A DNA stretch of 64,000 nucleotides from Candidatus Bathyarchaeota archaeon (GTDB lineage Archaea > Thermoproteota > Bathyarchaeia > Bathyarchaeales > Bathycorpusculaceae): positions 9,441-73,440 of the forward strand of contig CAVZKL010000016.1 of the NCBI GenBank assembly GCA_963775895.1, read 5' to 3'. Under the pieces are notes generated by a model, which was not told where the DNA came from, did not search any database, and was given only the letters and a program-made list of their open reading frames with translations. Below, piece after piece: positions 40,895 through 51,751 of this stretch. Both the position numbers and the translations under genes were made by a program. The stretch's first letter is position 1, and every line of letters begins with the position of its first letter.

Positions 40895-41128
40895 ATGGAA
40901 GAACGAAACAAAGGGTTAGTACTTTTCGGGATAGTTCTCTTAGCGATAGGTCTGGTTGCTTCTTTTTACTCTCAAACGGAGTTACCTGGAGGTTATGGAC
41001 GAACAACATATCCCTATCAAACTACAGGCATAATCTTAGATGTGGCCGGAATAGCGTTCATAGCATAGGGATTTCTTTATTCACCACGGAAGACAACGCC
41101 ACCACCGCCACCACCCAGCAATCCATAG
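40895..41128 (+). pseudogene. Small two-TM protein with Pro-rich tail, in-frame TAG at 41066-41068
   Basis: ...AGIAFIA*GFLYSPRKTTPPPPPPSNP*. Confidence 0.55.
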
Positions 41129-41212
41129 CAATCACGCGCACTGCTATTCACTAGCGGGCGCGCACATAAATCTTAAATCATGCTTGGACCTACAGTTCTT
41201 TGAGGTTCATCA

Positions 41213-41656
41213 ATGGTGGATGAAGATCCAGTCATGACAATCGACAAGCCTCACTTCACGGTGAAGCTCTACAAGGATTTGCTGAAAGTGGATTTGAAAG
41301 AGGGCATTAGAAGAGAACTCGAAGCCTTTGCAGAAGCGAAGCCAGCGTTACGTGAAAGTGTGGGCTTGCTATTCCAAACAATCATTCCTCTTGATGTCCG
41401 CCTGAGAGACATATCGTCCGTAGGTTTGGACAAGAAAGGAAGAGTGAAAGTGGCAATCCCCACGCGAAGAGACCTCACAATCCCTGTTGAAGGAGAAGAG
41501 GCTCAACGACTAATTGACAAACTGAACGATCTAATCCAGCCAGAAAAAGAGAGAATGGTAAGGGACAAGGCAGCGGCAAAAAGGGCTGAAACGGAAGAAA
41601 CACGCAGAGTATCAGGAGCCGAAAAGGACCTTTCGGGTGCAATGTTCAAAAAATAA
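41213..41656 (+). CDS. Hypothetical protein
   Basis: 147-aa ORF with gaggt upstream and normal composition. Confidence 0.7.
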   Translation: MVDEDPVMTIDKPHFTVKLYKDLLKVDLKEGIRRELEAFAEAKPALRESVGLLFQTIIPLDVRLRDISSVGLDKKGRVKVAIPTRRDLTIPVEGEEAQRLIDKLNDLIQPEKERMVRDKAAAKRAETEETRRVSGAEKDLSGAMFKK

Positions 41657-41935
41657 ATGTCCCATCTGCCTTCGTGCGCGCGCTATTTACGTTGACCGTG
41701 CGAGCATCAATGAATCATTGACCGAAAAGACATTCTGAATCCTTATTGAGAATTCATAAATCAAATATCTGCCTCGGGCGATGGAAGAGTGGGGTTAAGC
41801 ATGAAGAAAATTGAGAATGCAACCAAGAGAAATGCTAGCAGTGTTCATCTGTTAGACGACGCTCCTAGGGAGCTCAGGAAAACTGAGGCTAGAAAGCCGT
41901 TATTCCTCACGAGATATGAGTAGAATTATCAATCG

Positions 41936-42163
41936 CTATTTGATTGCGTTTTTCATCATGTCTTGTATCGCTTCGCCTATTCCACCAGGATAATGAATCG
42001 CAATTCTCAGCGCGAATTCTCTGACTAGGTTCGCAGGAACACGGTACAAAGTGATATTGACGAAGATGTCATCCCTCGTCAGATCAACCGTTTGATTCTC
42101 CTGAAGATACGATGCAAGCCCCTTCTGTTTGTTCATGCCGTCGTCGCCAGTTGGTGTTAGCAA
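41936..42163 (-). CDS. Small hypothetical protein (possible ribbon-helix-helix)
   Basis: VNITLYRVP..LVREF...GGIGEAIQDMMKNAI. Confidence 0.55.
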   Translation of the reverse strand: MLTPTGDDGMNKQKGLASYLQENQTVDLTRDDIFVNITLYRVPANLVREFALRIAIHYPGGIGEAIQDMMKNAIK

Positions 42164-42477
42164 GTTTGACGAGCCTGCTCAGAGAATCCGAACTTGGAAT
42201 TATTATCTTGGACGGAATTGGCAACCACCAAGTTCGAATGAGGGATTGGCGCGGCTCGTCAAACCTGAAAATCGGTTTGGTGCGGACGCCTTAAAAGGTC
42301 AGTCTTAAAGCAACACTTTTTCAAAGCAGAGAGGTGAGTTGAAGTGAATAAAACTCCATCAGTTTTCCAGGAGAAAGACTATGTGACAAAAAGAGGCTGC
42401 AGCGTGTGACTCCTTCGATCAACCAGGTGTCAGCAAGCTTTATTGATTCTCAATGACATACATTCTCAAAGATTGCC

Positions 42478-43065
42478 ATGATCCTTGGCATTTGTGGAAG
42501 TCCGCGGAAGAAGGCAACAGAATTCGTATTGACCGAAGCTTTGCGCATGCTTGAGAAAATGGGCTTTGACACCGAGCTCTACACGGTGCGAGGGAAGAAC
42601 ATCGGTTTCTGTCAACACTGCGACTACTGTCTAAGAAACAAGGAATGCAGACTTAAGGATGACATGTTCATGCTTTACCCTATGTTGAAGAGAGCAGAAG
42701 GACTCATATTTGCAACCCCTGTCTACAACGGCGGACTGAGTGGACAAACAAAGGTCGTTATGGACAGGTGCAGGGCTCTACTTGCACAAGATCCTAACGT
42801 ATTTAGACATAAGGTCGGTATGGCGATAGCAGTGGGCGGGGACAGAATTGGCGGTCAGGAACTGGCTATTCAGCAGATCACGACTTTTTACGTTCTGAAC
42901 GGAACTGTTCCCGTCAGTGGCGGAGCTTTCGGTGCGAACCTGGGTGCCACCTTCTGGTCGAAAGACACGCTAAAAGACACACAACTGGATGAAGAAGGTT
43001 TCAGAAGTCTGAAGAAAACAATCAAGAGATTCGCTGAAATGCTCAAACAGAACAAGTCAAAGTAG
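42478..43065 (+). CDS. Iron-sulfur flavoprotein / NADPH-dependent FMN reductase family
   Basis: GICGSPR, CQHCDYC..C, ATPVY, GGQE. Confidence 0.92.
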   Translation: MILGICGSPRKKATEFVLTEALRMLEKMGFDTELYTVRGKNIGFCQHCDYCLRNKECRLKDDMFMLYPMLKRAEGLIFATPVYNGGLSGQTKVVMDRCRALLAQDPNVFRHKVGMAIAVGGDRIGGQELAIQQITTFYVLNGTVPVSGGAFGANLGATFWSKDTLKDTQLDEEGFRSLKKTIKRFAEMLKQNKSK

Positions 43066-43084
43066 TTTCCTGAAGTGAAATAAC

Positions 43085-43669
43085 TTGATTGGCAAGCCAA
43101 AGAACAAGGAAAAGGTTGCCTGGGGAATCACGGGCAGTGGCGACAGGTTGTTCGAGACAATCACCGTTATGAAACAGATGAAAGAAACATACAAAAACAT
43201 GGTCGACATACGCGTTTATCTTTCGAAGGCAGGAGAACAGGTCACCAAATGGTACAAACTGTACGAGCCTCTGAAGCAAAGCTTCGACAAAGTCTGGATT
43301 GAATCAGGCCCGAACTCTCCTTTTCTTGCTGGCGAACTTGAACTGGGAAAGTTCAAGTTTCTGCTTATCGCTCCAGCAACTTCGAACACGGTGGCAAAAC
43401 TATCTACTGGAATTTGTGACACTCTGCTTTGCAATTCGGCAATCATGGCCTTGAAGGCCTTCGTTCCCGTCTACGTTATGCCCAGTGACTTCAAAGAGGG
43501 AACCTTAGTCACCAAGCTTCCTAACGAGAAAGACCTTCGACTGAGAATAAGGAAAGAGGATGCTGAAAATGCTCGAAAACTCGCCCGCATGGACGGTGTT
43601 TTTCTGCTGGAAAAACCTGAAAATATCAGTCAAGTGTTCGAAAAGCACTTCGCTATCGGCCAACTCTGA
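43085..43669 (+). CDS. afpA: Archaeoflavoprotein AfpA family
   Basis: VAWGITGSG, APATSNTVAK, YVMPSD, LRIRKED. Confidence 0.85.
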   Translation: MIGKPKNKEKVAWGITGSGDRLFETITVMKQMKETYKNMVDIRVYLSKAGEQVTKWYKLYEPLKQSFDKVWIESGPNSPFLAGELELGKFKFLLIAPATSNTVAKLSTGICDTLLCNSAIMALKAFVPVYVMPSDFKEGTLVTKLPNEKDLRLRIRKEDAENARKLARMDGVFLLEKPENISQVFEKHFAIGQL

Positions 43670-43795
43670 CTTCCTGTCGCCTTTTTTCCTTGTTAGTCTT
43701 CGGACGCTATTTCCATTGGAACTCTGTCCGCCTCAGAGCAACGAAACTAAAACCTTAAGATAAAGAACTCATTAAGAAGCTGAGAGGATCCGAAG

Positions 43796-44488
43796 ATGGT
43801 TGTTGCTGGAAAAGTATTCAGGCTTTCCGATCCGCTTCCTGTCGCCGATATCGCGACACGGCTCGAAGGATATCGAACCGAGGAAGAATACGAAGAGGGA
43901 GACCACAAGTTCACGCTGCAGACAGAGGTTGTTGGGCTCGTTCCGAAAGTGAGGATGCTAAGGGGTATATACTCTCATGATTTTGTCACTCAGGTTTTTC
44001 ACAGAGGAAAAATCCTGCCTACACCACGCACAATTGAAGCAGTCTTTAGCTTTGCTGAGTATGAAGGTACCACGTTCTTAACGGTCGTTGAAAAGAAACG
44101 AACTGCAAATTTCATTGCAAACAAGCTGAGTGAAATCTTGTTCGAGAAGGTGGGGGGAGTTTTGGAAGCGAGGATTTCCCCGGAGACACTGAAGAGTTTT
44201 CACCTCAAGAATCCTGAGGACACGAAGATAACATTCTTTGATAACGTTGACATTCCAAACGTTGACAAGCTTTCTCTCTACGGCCCAGACCTGATAAACA
44301 CGTCATTGTTCGAAGATTACGGAAAACACGGCGACTTGTGGTACGTGGTCGCAAGGTCGAGGAATTACGGTTACGTTGTTGGCATAACGAGAGATGCGTC
44401 AATAACAATCTTCAACCTAAGCGAAAAAGAGCCTTACCTCGAATTTGTGGCAAAAGAAATCTTTTCATTGACCAAAGAAGAGACCTAG
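43796..44488 (+). CDS. Conserved archaeal hypothetical protein
   Basis: 230-aa ORF with gagg SD. Confidence 0.75.
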   Translation: MVVAGKVFRLSDPLPVADIATRLEGYRTEEEYEEGDHKFTLQTEVVGLVPKVRMLRGIYSHDFVTQVFHRGKILPTPRTIEAVFSFAEYEGTTFLTVVEKKRTANFIANKLSEILFEKVGGVLEARISPETLKSFHLKNPEDTKITFFDNVDIPNVDKLSLYGPDLINTSLFEDYGKHGDLWYVVARSRNYGYVVGITRDASITIFNLSEKEPYLEFVAKEIFSLTKEET

Positions 44489-44493
44489 AAAGT

Positions 44494-45021
44494 CTAGTAC
44501 TCGATTCCCTTCCGTGCCTTGAAACCAGCGTTGTACGGATGCTTTATCTCGATCATCTCTGTGACCAAGTCAGCCGCTTGAATGATCTCGCGTGGCGCAT
44601 TTCTACCGGTCAAAACGAGCTCAACGTGCTCTGGTTTCTTCTTGATAAGTTCGAGCACTTCTTCTACGCTAATGAGCCTGAGATTGAGCGCAACATTGAT
44701 TTCATCCAGTACAACTATGTCGGCTTCGCCCTTCATGACAGCTTCTCGAGCCGTTTCAAGAGCTTGTCCTGCTAAGTCAACGTCGACTTTGTCAGGTTTC
44801 TTTTCTGAAACGAATCTGCCCCGCCCGAATGCTCTAAGTGTCAGTCCAGGCAGCTTGTCCACGACGTATAATTCGCCGTAATCGAAACCGCCTTTGATGA
44901 ACTGTACTATGTAGACCTTCAATCCTCTTCCCACGGCTCTAAGGGCCAGTCCAAAAGACGCGGAGCTTTTGCCCTTTCCGTTTCCAGTGTAAACTTGAAC
45001 GAGTCCCCTTTCAAGTTTCAT
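44494..45021 (-). CDS. cobO: Cob(I)alamin adenosyltransferase
   Basis: YTGNGKGKS, QFIKG, VVLDEI, LTGR, KHPY..G..ARKGIEY. Confidence 0.95.
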   Translation of the reverse strand: MKLERGLVQVYTGNGKGKSSASFGLALRAVGRGLKVYIVQFIKGGFDYGELYVVDKLPGLTLRAFGRGRFVSEKKPDKVDVDLAGQALETAREAVMKGEADIVVLDEINVALNLRLISVEEVLELIKKKPEHVELVLTGRNAPREIIQAADLVTEMIEIKHPYNAGFKARKGIEY

Positions 45022-45976
45022 TTTTCAGAACCTTCTTCAAGAGTCTTCGGGCCGCAGACGTTGGATCTGTTTTCCTTTCCACTATCTCATGGACGAGTTG
45101 GTCTAAATGACCATCTCTTTTCAACTCTTCGATCAGAGAATTAGTCACTATCTCTCTAATAGCTTCTACGAGCTCGGTCTCTGCCCTCGTACTCATAGAT
45201 GCTTTTTTGCATTCGCGATTTCCTTCTAGAAAGCATCTGTGTTTCTCGATTTTCTCGATCACTTCGGAGACTCCTTCGCCTGTCAATGCGATCGTTTTTA
45301 GCACTGGTGGCTTCCACAGTTGTTCTTTGTTGTTCAGTTGAAGGTTCGACTGAATGTCCATAACTGCTTTGTCTGCGCCTTCACGGTCAGCCTTGTTTAC
45401 GACGAAGATGTCGGCTATCTCCATTATACCTGCTTTTATTGCCTGTATGTCGTCACCCAGTCCAGGTGCGTGAACCATGATTATCGTCTGGGCAACTTTG
45501 ATTATTTCGACTTCCGATTGTCCCGCTCCGACGGTTTCAACTATGACTATGTCTTTTCCAGCTGCGTCAAGGATTCTGACCGCATCTTTCGTCGCTTTGG
45601 CTATTCCCCCGGCATAGTTCCGGGTAGCCATGCTCCGTATGAAAACGTCCCTGTCCATGCAAAGCTCTTGCATTCGAATTCTGTCGCCCAGCAGGGCTCC
45701 GCCGGTGAAGGGGCTTGTAGGGTCGACAGCTACCACGCCTACCGTTTTGCCTCTTCGTCTGTACTCCTTCACAATTTTCTCGATCAACGTGCTTTTCCCT
45801 GCACCGCCGGCACCTGTCACGCCTATAATGTGGGCTTTGCCTGTGTGAGGATATATCTCAGCGACTAACTCTTGAGCCATGGGCTCCTTGTTGTTTTCAA
45901 TGATGGTTATTGCCTTGGCTATGCTTCTTCGGTTGCCTGCGAGTACGCCTTTGACTATTTCTTCGGTTTTTGTCAA
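45011..45976 (-). CDS. meaB: MeaB-family GTPase chaperone of B12 mutase
   Basis: GAGKST, AVDPTSP..GGALLGDRIRM, VETVG, NKAD. Confidence 0.95.
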   Translation of the reverse strand: MTKTEEIVKGVLAGNRRSIAKAITIIENNKEPMAQELVAEIYPHTGKAHIIGVTGAGGAGKSTLIEKIVKEYRRRGKTVGVVAVDPTSPFTGGALLGDRIRMQELCMDRDVFIRSMATRNYAGGIAKATKDAVRILDAAGKDIVIVETVGAGQSEVEIIKVAQTIIMVHAPGLGDDIQAIKAGIMEIADIFVVNKADREGADKAVMDIQSNLQLNNKEQLWKPPVLKTIALTGEGVSEVIEKIEKHRCFLEGNRECKKASMSTRAETELVEAIREIVTNSLIEELKRDGHLDQLVHEIVERKTDPTSAARRLLKKVLKNET

Positions 45977-45997
45977 CGCCTCTGCACATCTTGATCG

Positions 45998-46411
45998 TTA
46001 GCTTTTTTTCGAGAGGCTATCCAAAACATACTGTTTTATGGTTTCCGTCGACGTTCCTGGTCCAAATATCTCTCTAATTCCCAGCTTTTTCAGTTCTGCT
46101 ATGTCTTCTTCCGGAATGATGCCTCCCGCGAAAACCATTACGTCTGTCATTTCCTGTTCTTTCAGAAGCTTCATTATTCTGGGAAAGAGTGTCTTGTGGG
46201 CTCCTGAGAGTATGCTCAGGCCTATTACATCTACATCTTCCTGCAGTGCTGTTTCAGCAATTTGCTCAGGTGTCTGTCTGAGGCCAGTGTAAATGACTTC
46301 CATGCCCGCGTCTCTGAGCGCTCTTGCCACGATTTTTGCTCCTCTGTCGTGGCTGTCGAGTCCCGGCTTGGCGATCAGTACCCTTATTTTCTTTCCTTTC
46401 TGCATGTTCAT
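45998..46411 (-). CDS. Acyl-CoA mutase small (B12-binding) subunit
   Basis: [20 protein letters not shown]. Confidence 0.95.
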   Translation of the reverse strand: MNMQKGKKIRVLIAKPGLDSHDRGAKIVARALRDAGMEVIYTGLRQTPEQIAETALQEDVDVIGLSILSGAHKTLFPRIMKLLKEQEMTDVMVFAGGIIPEEDIAELKKLGIREIFGPGTSTETIKQYVLDSLSKKS

Positions 46412-46416
46412 CGCCT

Positions 46417-48101
46417 CTAAATTACTATTAACTCCTTGTACTCACCGTAAACTTGGCGTAACACTTCGCAGATTTCGCCCAGCGTCGCGTACGCTTTCAC
46501 TGCGTCTATTATTGATGGCATTAGGTTTTCATCTTTTTCTGCGGCGTGACGTAGCTTGTCGAGTGTTTCTTGGACCTTCTTATTGTTGCGTTCATGCTTC
46601 AATTTTTGAAGGTTCGCGATCTGTTCTTTCTCGACTTTCGAGTCCACGCGCAATAGTTCTATTGGGATTTCTTCCTTTTCAATCTTGTAGTCGTTGACGC
46701 CGATTATTGTGCGTTTCATTTCTTCGATTTCTTTCTGATATTTGTAGGCGCTGTCGGCGATTTCTTTTTGGAAGAATCCCTTTTCGATCGCCACTATTGC
46801 TCCACCCATTTCGTCGACCATTCGAATGTAGTCGAAGGTCCTTTTTTCCATCTCGTTCGTCAGTGCTTCGACGTAATATGCGCCTGCCAAAGGATCTATG
46901 GTGTCTGTTGCTCCGCTTTCGTGAGCTATTATTTGTTGAGTTCTTATTGCGACTCTGACCGCTGCTTCACTGGGCAAAGCTAAGGCTTCATCGAAGGAGT
47001 TTGTGTGCAGAGATTGAGTGCCGCCAAGTGCGGCCGACAAAGCTTGAATTGTGGTGCGGGTAATGTTGTTTAAGGGTTGTTGGGCTGTGAGGGTACAACC
47101 CGAAGTTTGCACGTGCATTCGCATCCACATCGATCTCGGGTTCTTGGCGTGAAATCTTTCCTTCATCAACTTTGCCCAGATCCTTCGAGCAGCTCTGAAT
47201 TTTGCTATTTCTTCGAAGAAGTCATTGTGAGAAGCAAAGAAAAAGGACAGCCGCTGAGCAAAATCATCCACTTTGAGTCCTCTTTGCATGGCTGATTCTA
47301 CGTAGCTTATTCCATCGTAGATCGTGAAGGCCAATTCCTGAACGGCGTTTGCACCTGCCTCTCTGATGTGGTAGCCGCTTATGCTTATTGGGTTCCATCT
47401 TGGCAAATGTCTTACGCAGTATTCGACTATGTCGGTTGTGAGTTTGACCGCAGGTCTGGGCGGATAGATGCAGAGTTTCTGAGCGAAGTATTCTTTGAGG
47501 TTATCGTTCTGGGTTGTGCCTCCGAGCTTCTCTCTCATCACGCCCTGCTTGTCGCCGACGGCGACGTACATGGCCAACAGCATAGCTGCTGGACCATTAA
47601 TCGTCATGGAAGTGGTAACCTTGTCAAGCGGGATTCCATCTAAGAGCACTTCCATGTCCTTCAATGAAGAGACGGCAACTCCGCAGATGCCCACTTCCCC
47701 TTCGCCGACGGGATGATCCGAGTCATAACCAAGAATCGTCGGATAGTCAAACGCGATGCTTAAACCCGTTTCTCCTTCCTTGAGTAGATATTTGAAACGC
47801 TTGTTGGTCTGCGCAGCTGTGCCGAACCCTGAAAACTGACGCATTGTCCACAGGCGTCCCCTGTACATCGTTGCGTGAACACCGCGAAGGTACGGATACT
47901 CGCCAGGAAAACCCATGTCGCGCACGTAATCAGTTGAATTGATGTCCTCTGGTGTGTACAAACGTTTAATCAATATATTCGAAGTGTTCTTGAACTCACC
48001 TTTCCTTTCCTTGGATTGCTTAATCCAGTTAGGTAAAGTTGTCTGTTCCCAGCGTTCACGTTCCTTCTTCACTTGTTCGATTTTTCTTTCTCATCAAACA
48101 C
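46417..48101 (-). CDS. B12 acyl-CoA mutase large subunit, isobutyryl-CoA-mutase-like; likely true start GTG at 48101 with an A-run frameshift
   Basis: [38 protein letters not shown]. Confidence 0.9.
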
Positions 48102-48350
48102 CGTCTCATCCTGCTCCTTATATGAACGTAAGCTGTTTGAAAGTATAGTACCATCATTGAAGCTTAAAGGATATTTTCCTATCGGTCCAAAAAGTCATTT
48201 CATCTTATCTGATTACTAAAAATGCTTAGATTGGTCCAGCAAAGTTTTAGCTGGAGTGGTTCATGGCTCGCTTCAGGGGGTCGCGCGCGGGCGAAATCAC
48301 GCGAATGACACTTCTCTCATTGCTCCTTAAGAATCATCCGCTTCCAAGCT

Positions 48351-49465
48351 CTATTGAGCTTCCAACAGCGATGCCGCAGCTGAAAATCCCCATCCGTAGC
48401 CGAGCATCAGTATGACGTTGCTCTTTGAGAGTCTGTTGGCAGAGGTTATTCTTTCAAGTATGAAGGGCAGGCTTGCCCCTGCCAGGTTTCCGTGTTCTTT
48501 CAATATTTCACGCGATTCCTGCAGTTTTTCACGGGGAATTCCATGGTTCTCGGCCAGGGCCTCCAGGATTTTTTCGCTGCCCGTGTGAACTGCCCACTTC
48601 TTCGATTGCATGATCGTCTTCTTCAAGTTTTTGCCAAGGAGTCTTTTCAGTGCTGCACTCGTGTACTTGACTCCAAGCGTCGGTATTCCTCTGCCGAGGT
48701 TTGAATGGAATCCAAACTTGAAGGTTTCAGGCAAAGAGGAGAGTTTAGCGTAGCCGGCAGATGATCTGTTTCTCCCAGGTTGGTGACTTCGACTGTTTTC
48801 TTGACAACCAAACCTCCACCGCTGTTTGCCACGACGGTCGCGGCTACTCCGTCGCCGAACAAGAAATACTCCATCGTTGCCACCCAATTGTCAAGTTCAA
48901 TTTGTCGCTTGTTTTCGTCTCTGATCTCGTTGATTCGACCAATCTCCTGAACTTCTTTGATGCCGTTGACTTGGTTCTGGAACCAGAACGAACTGACTCC
49001 GCTGTCGCAAATGAGCACATTATCCTTTGAATTTGCGGCTAAGTGATCTTCTGCGAGTTGCAGAGCTTTAGGAAAAGCAGTGCTGGCGATTCCCTGAACG
49101 TTTACGTGTTTGATGTATGGACCAAACCCTATTTTCCTTACGAGAAGTTGGCTTAACCCGGGGCTCAAAACAGGGTTAGCATCATACGTTGCGATGAAGT
49201 AGCCAATTTTGTTTATCGACACTGCACTTCTCTCGAGTGCTTTGTTGCAAGCATCAACGCAGAGCGAGAGGAGTCCTTCCTCATCCGAACGATCCTTCAG
49301 TTTTGAACCTGCAAGCTTCTGGTTGATGAAGGATCTTTTGGAAACGCCCAGATTCAGGACGTTCTGTTTTACTGCAGGTGGAATCTTGCACGGAAAAGCC
49401 TCGATTAATTCTTCGGTCGTGTACTCGTTCTTAGGCAGAGCCGTGGAAATCTGGATTATGTTCAT
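48351..49465 (-). CDS. Type III PKS / chalcone-synthase-fold protein; frameshift near 48760
   Basis: LFGDGVAA, VHTGS..IL, HGNLAGASL, GYGWG; split over two overlapping frames. Confidence 0.8.
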
Positions 49466-49614
49466 GTCACAGAGTGAGACGCGAAAGTTATAAAAGGATT
49501 TGGCCAGCTCATGAACTTTTTCGGGCGATATTTGTTTGTTGCCAGTGGCATCACAAATGTCATATAGTGGGTGAAATCCACTAGCTAAGCAACTTTTAAG
49601 CTTGAGGTGAAAGG

Positions 49615-50907
49615 TTGAAGAAGGTCGGAATAGTTGCAGGAAGCATCTCGAGGTTCGACAACCCGAGACACACTCTGCAAGAAGAAATGTGCGCCGAAGC
49701 AGTCAAAATGATACTCGACGACGTTCCCGAGCTTGAACTTGGAGATTTTCTCAAGAAAGGCTACGCTTGCTGCTACTCTTATTTCAGCGACATTCTCGAA
49801 CAGCAACAGTGCATGCACTGGATAATCAACGATTACTTGGGTCTATCAGGCGTTGCGTCTTACCGTGTGGAATCAGGCGGTGCGACGCCTATCGATGCGA
49901 TAGTCAATGCCGCGCTGTGGGTGCGTTCAGGCATGTTTCCGGTCGTCTTGGTCGTTGGATGGGAAAAGATGAATGAAATGCCCATCCAGAAGGTCAACGA
50001 AGCTATCGCTATCGCAGGAGACACCGATTGGGATTTTGTTTCAGGCTTCACGTACAACGCTTTCTACGCCACGATGGAAGCTAGGAGAATGCACGTCTAT
50101 GGAGACACCGAGGAAGATTTGGCTGAAATCGCGGCGATGTGCCACAACAACTCGCTTGAAAATCCGTACGCTCAATGGCCAGCTCAGCATGGGTTTGGCA
50201 AGATTACGGTTGAAGATGTGTACAAATCCCGGCTCATAGCATGGCCCTATAGGACTCACGAGTGTGCAATGACAAGCGAAGGAGCCTCAGCAATACTTTT
50301 GGCAAACGAAGAGATGACTAACAAAATGACCAATAACCCAGTGTGGATAACAGGCGTGGGATTCGGTTCTGACACCATGCGGGCTGGAGACCGCCCCGAC
50401 AATCCAGCTTGGAAAGGAGTCTACCCTGAAGACGAAAAAATATGGCCGAAAGGCGTTCCCAAGCCAATGTCACCATATCCGGACCTGCTCAATTTCGGCG
50501 CCTTAAGAACATCTGCAAGAATGGCATACAAGGACGCTGGAATCAAGAACCCCCGAAGAGAGATAAGCCTCGTTGAAATCTTCGACCCTTACGCGGGCGT
50601 AGTCTTGGCGGGACTCGAAGACTTCGATTTCTGCAAGCGAGGTGAAGGAAAGAAACTTCTACGTGACGGAGTGATTTCTAGACATGGCGAGCTTCCATGT
50701 CAACTGAGCGGTGCCTTAACAGCTCAAGGGCACCCTGTGGGTTCAACGTCAATCGCACAAGTTGTTGACAGCTACTGGCAGCTGAGCAATCAAATCGGAA
50801 AGAAATGGGGGGCGCCAGGCAGACAGCTGAGCAAACCCAAGAGAGCTTTCATCCATGGGCACGGAGGCACTGGATGCCAAGCAGGCGCAGTAGTTTTGGA
50901 GGCGTAG
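49615..50907 (+). CDS. Thiolase-like (SCP2-type) protein lacking the N-terminal catalytic Cys
   Basis: VESGGAT in place of EAACAS; GWEKM, NPYAQ, GHPVG. Confidence 0.85.
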   Translation: MKKVGIVAGSISRFDNPRHTLQEEMCAEAVKMILDDVPELELGDFLKKGYACCYSYFSDILEQQQCMHWIINDYLGLSGVASYRVESGGATPIDAIVNAALWVRSGMFPVVLVVGWEKMNEMPIQKVNEAIAIAGDTDWDFVSGFTYNAFYATMEARRMHVYGDTEEDLAEIAAMCHNNSLENPYAQWPAQHGFGKITVEDVYKSRLIAWPYRTHECAMTSEGASAILLANEEMTNKMTNNPVWITGVGFGSDTMRAGDRPDNPAWKGVYPEDEKIWPKGVPKPMSPYPDLLNFGALRTSARMAYKDAGIKNPRREISLVEIFDPYAGVVLAGLEDFDFCKRGEGKKLLRDGVISRHGELPCQLSGALTAQGHPVGSTSIAQVVDSYWQLSNQIGKKWGAPGRQLSKPKRAFIHGHGGTGCQAGAVVLEA

Positions 50908-50911
50908 GAGA

Positions 50912-51599
50912 ATGAAGCAGCCAGGACCAGAAAAGATGATCAAAGAATCATCCTACGACAGGAAATGGTGGGATGACTGGGAACGCAAAGGTGGGTGGAG
51001 ACCTGAAGGCTGGAAAATTGTCGAGATGAATGACGGTCCCACGTTGAATGACTTGAAACCTGAAAAGTTCCTAGTCGTGCATAGACCACACGGAAGCATG
51101 TTCCATCACAGCTACGGCAAAGTGTCCAGATTCTTCATAGGACTGCTGGAAGGAAAACTGGAAGGCACAAAATGCCCAAAGTGCGGTCTTGTCTATTGCC
51201 CGCCACGCGCGCACTGCTTCAACCCGAAATGCAGACTTGAAGAAACGAAATGGGTTGAGCTTCCCAAAAAAGGAGAGGTTCATTCGTACACCGTAATGGC
51301 TATTGCGTGGCCTTCAATGGCGCATCTGCAACCCTTGGTGGGAGCGATGGTACGAATTGAAGGAACGAACACATGTTTGCCGATGACGATGCGAGACGTT
51401 GATCCTGAGAAAGTCAACATAGGCCTTGAAAGTCAACATTAACATCGTCAAGAAACCCAAAGGCGATCTACTTGACGTTTATGCCACTCCAGCTGAAGAA
51501 CCCGTTGCTCCAAAGAGAACACCAGAAGAACTGAAGCGCTTCAGAGAAGACATGGACAAAACAAGAGCTTGGGTCAAGAAAACCTTCGGACCTAAGTAA
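50912..51599 (+). CDS. DUF35 Zn-ribbon/OB-fold protein; frameshift near 51425
   Basis: KCPKCG.VYCPPRAHC, GEVHSYT; continues KVNINIVK...FGPK* in another frame. Confidence 0.85.
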
Positions 51600-51751
51600 G
51601 TCTTAAGCATTCCACACAATGCGACTTTGCCTTCAACGATCCCTGCTCTCCCTTTTTCCTCGTGTTCCAATACCAACAGAATCGGCGAAGTTTATATACG
51701 CCGCTCACAGAGTTTCTTTTTCTTCGCAAACTAGTTAGAGACGGGTCTCAA

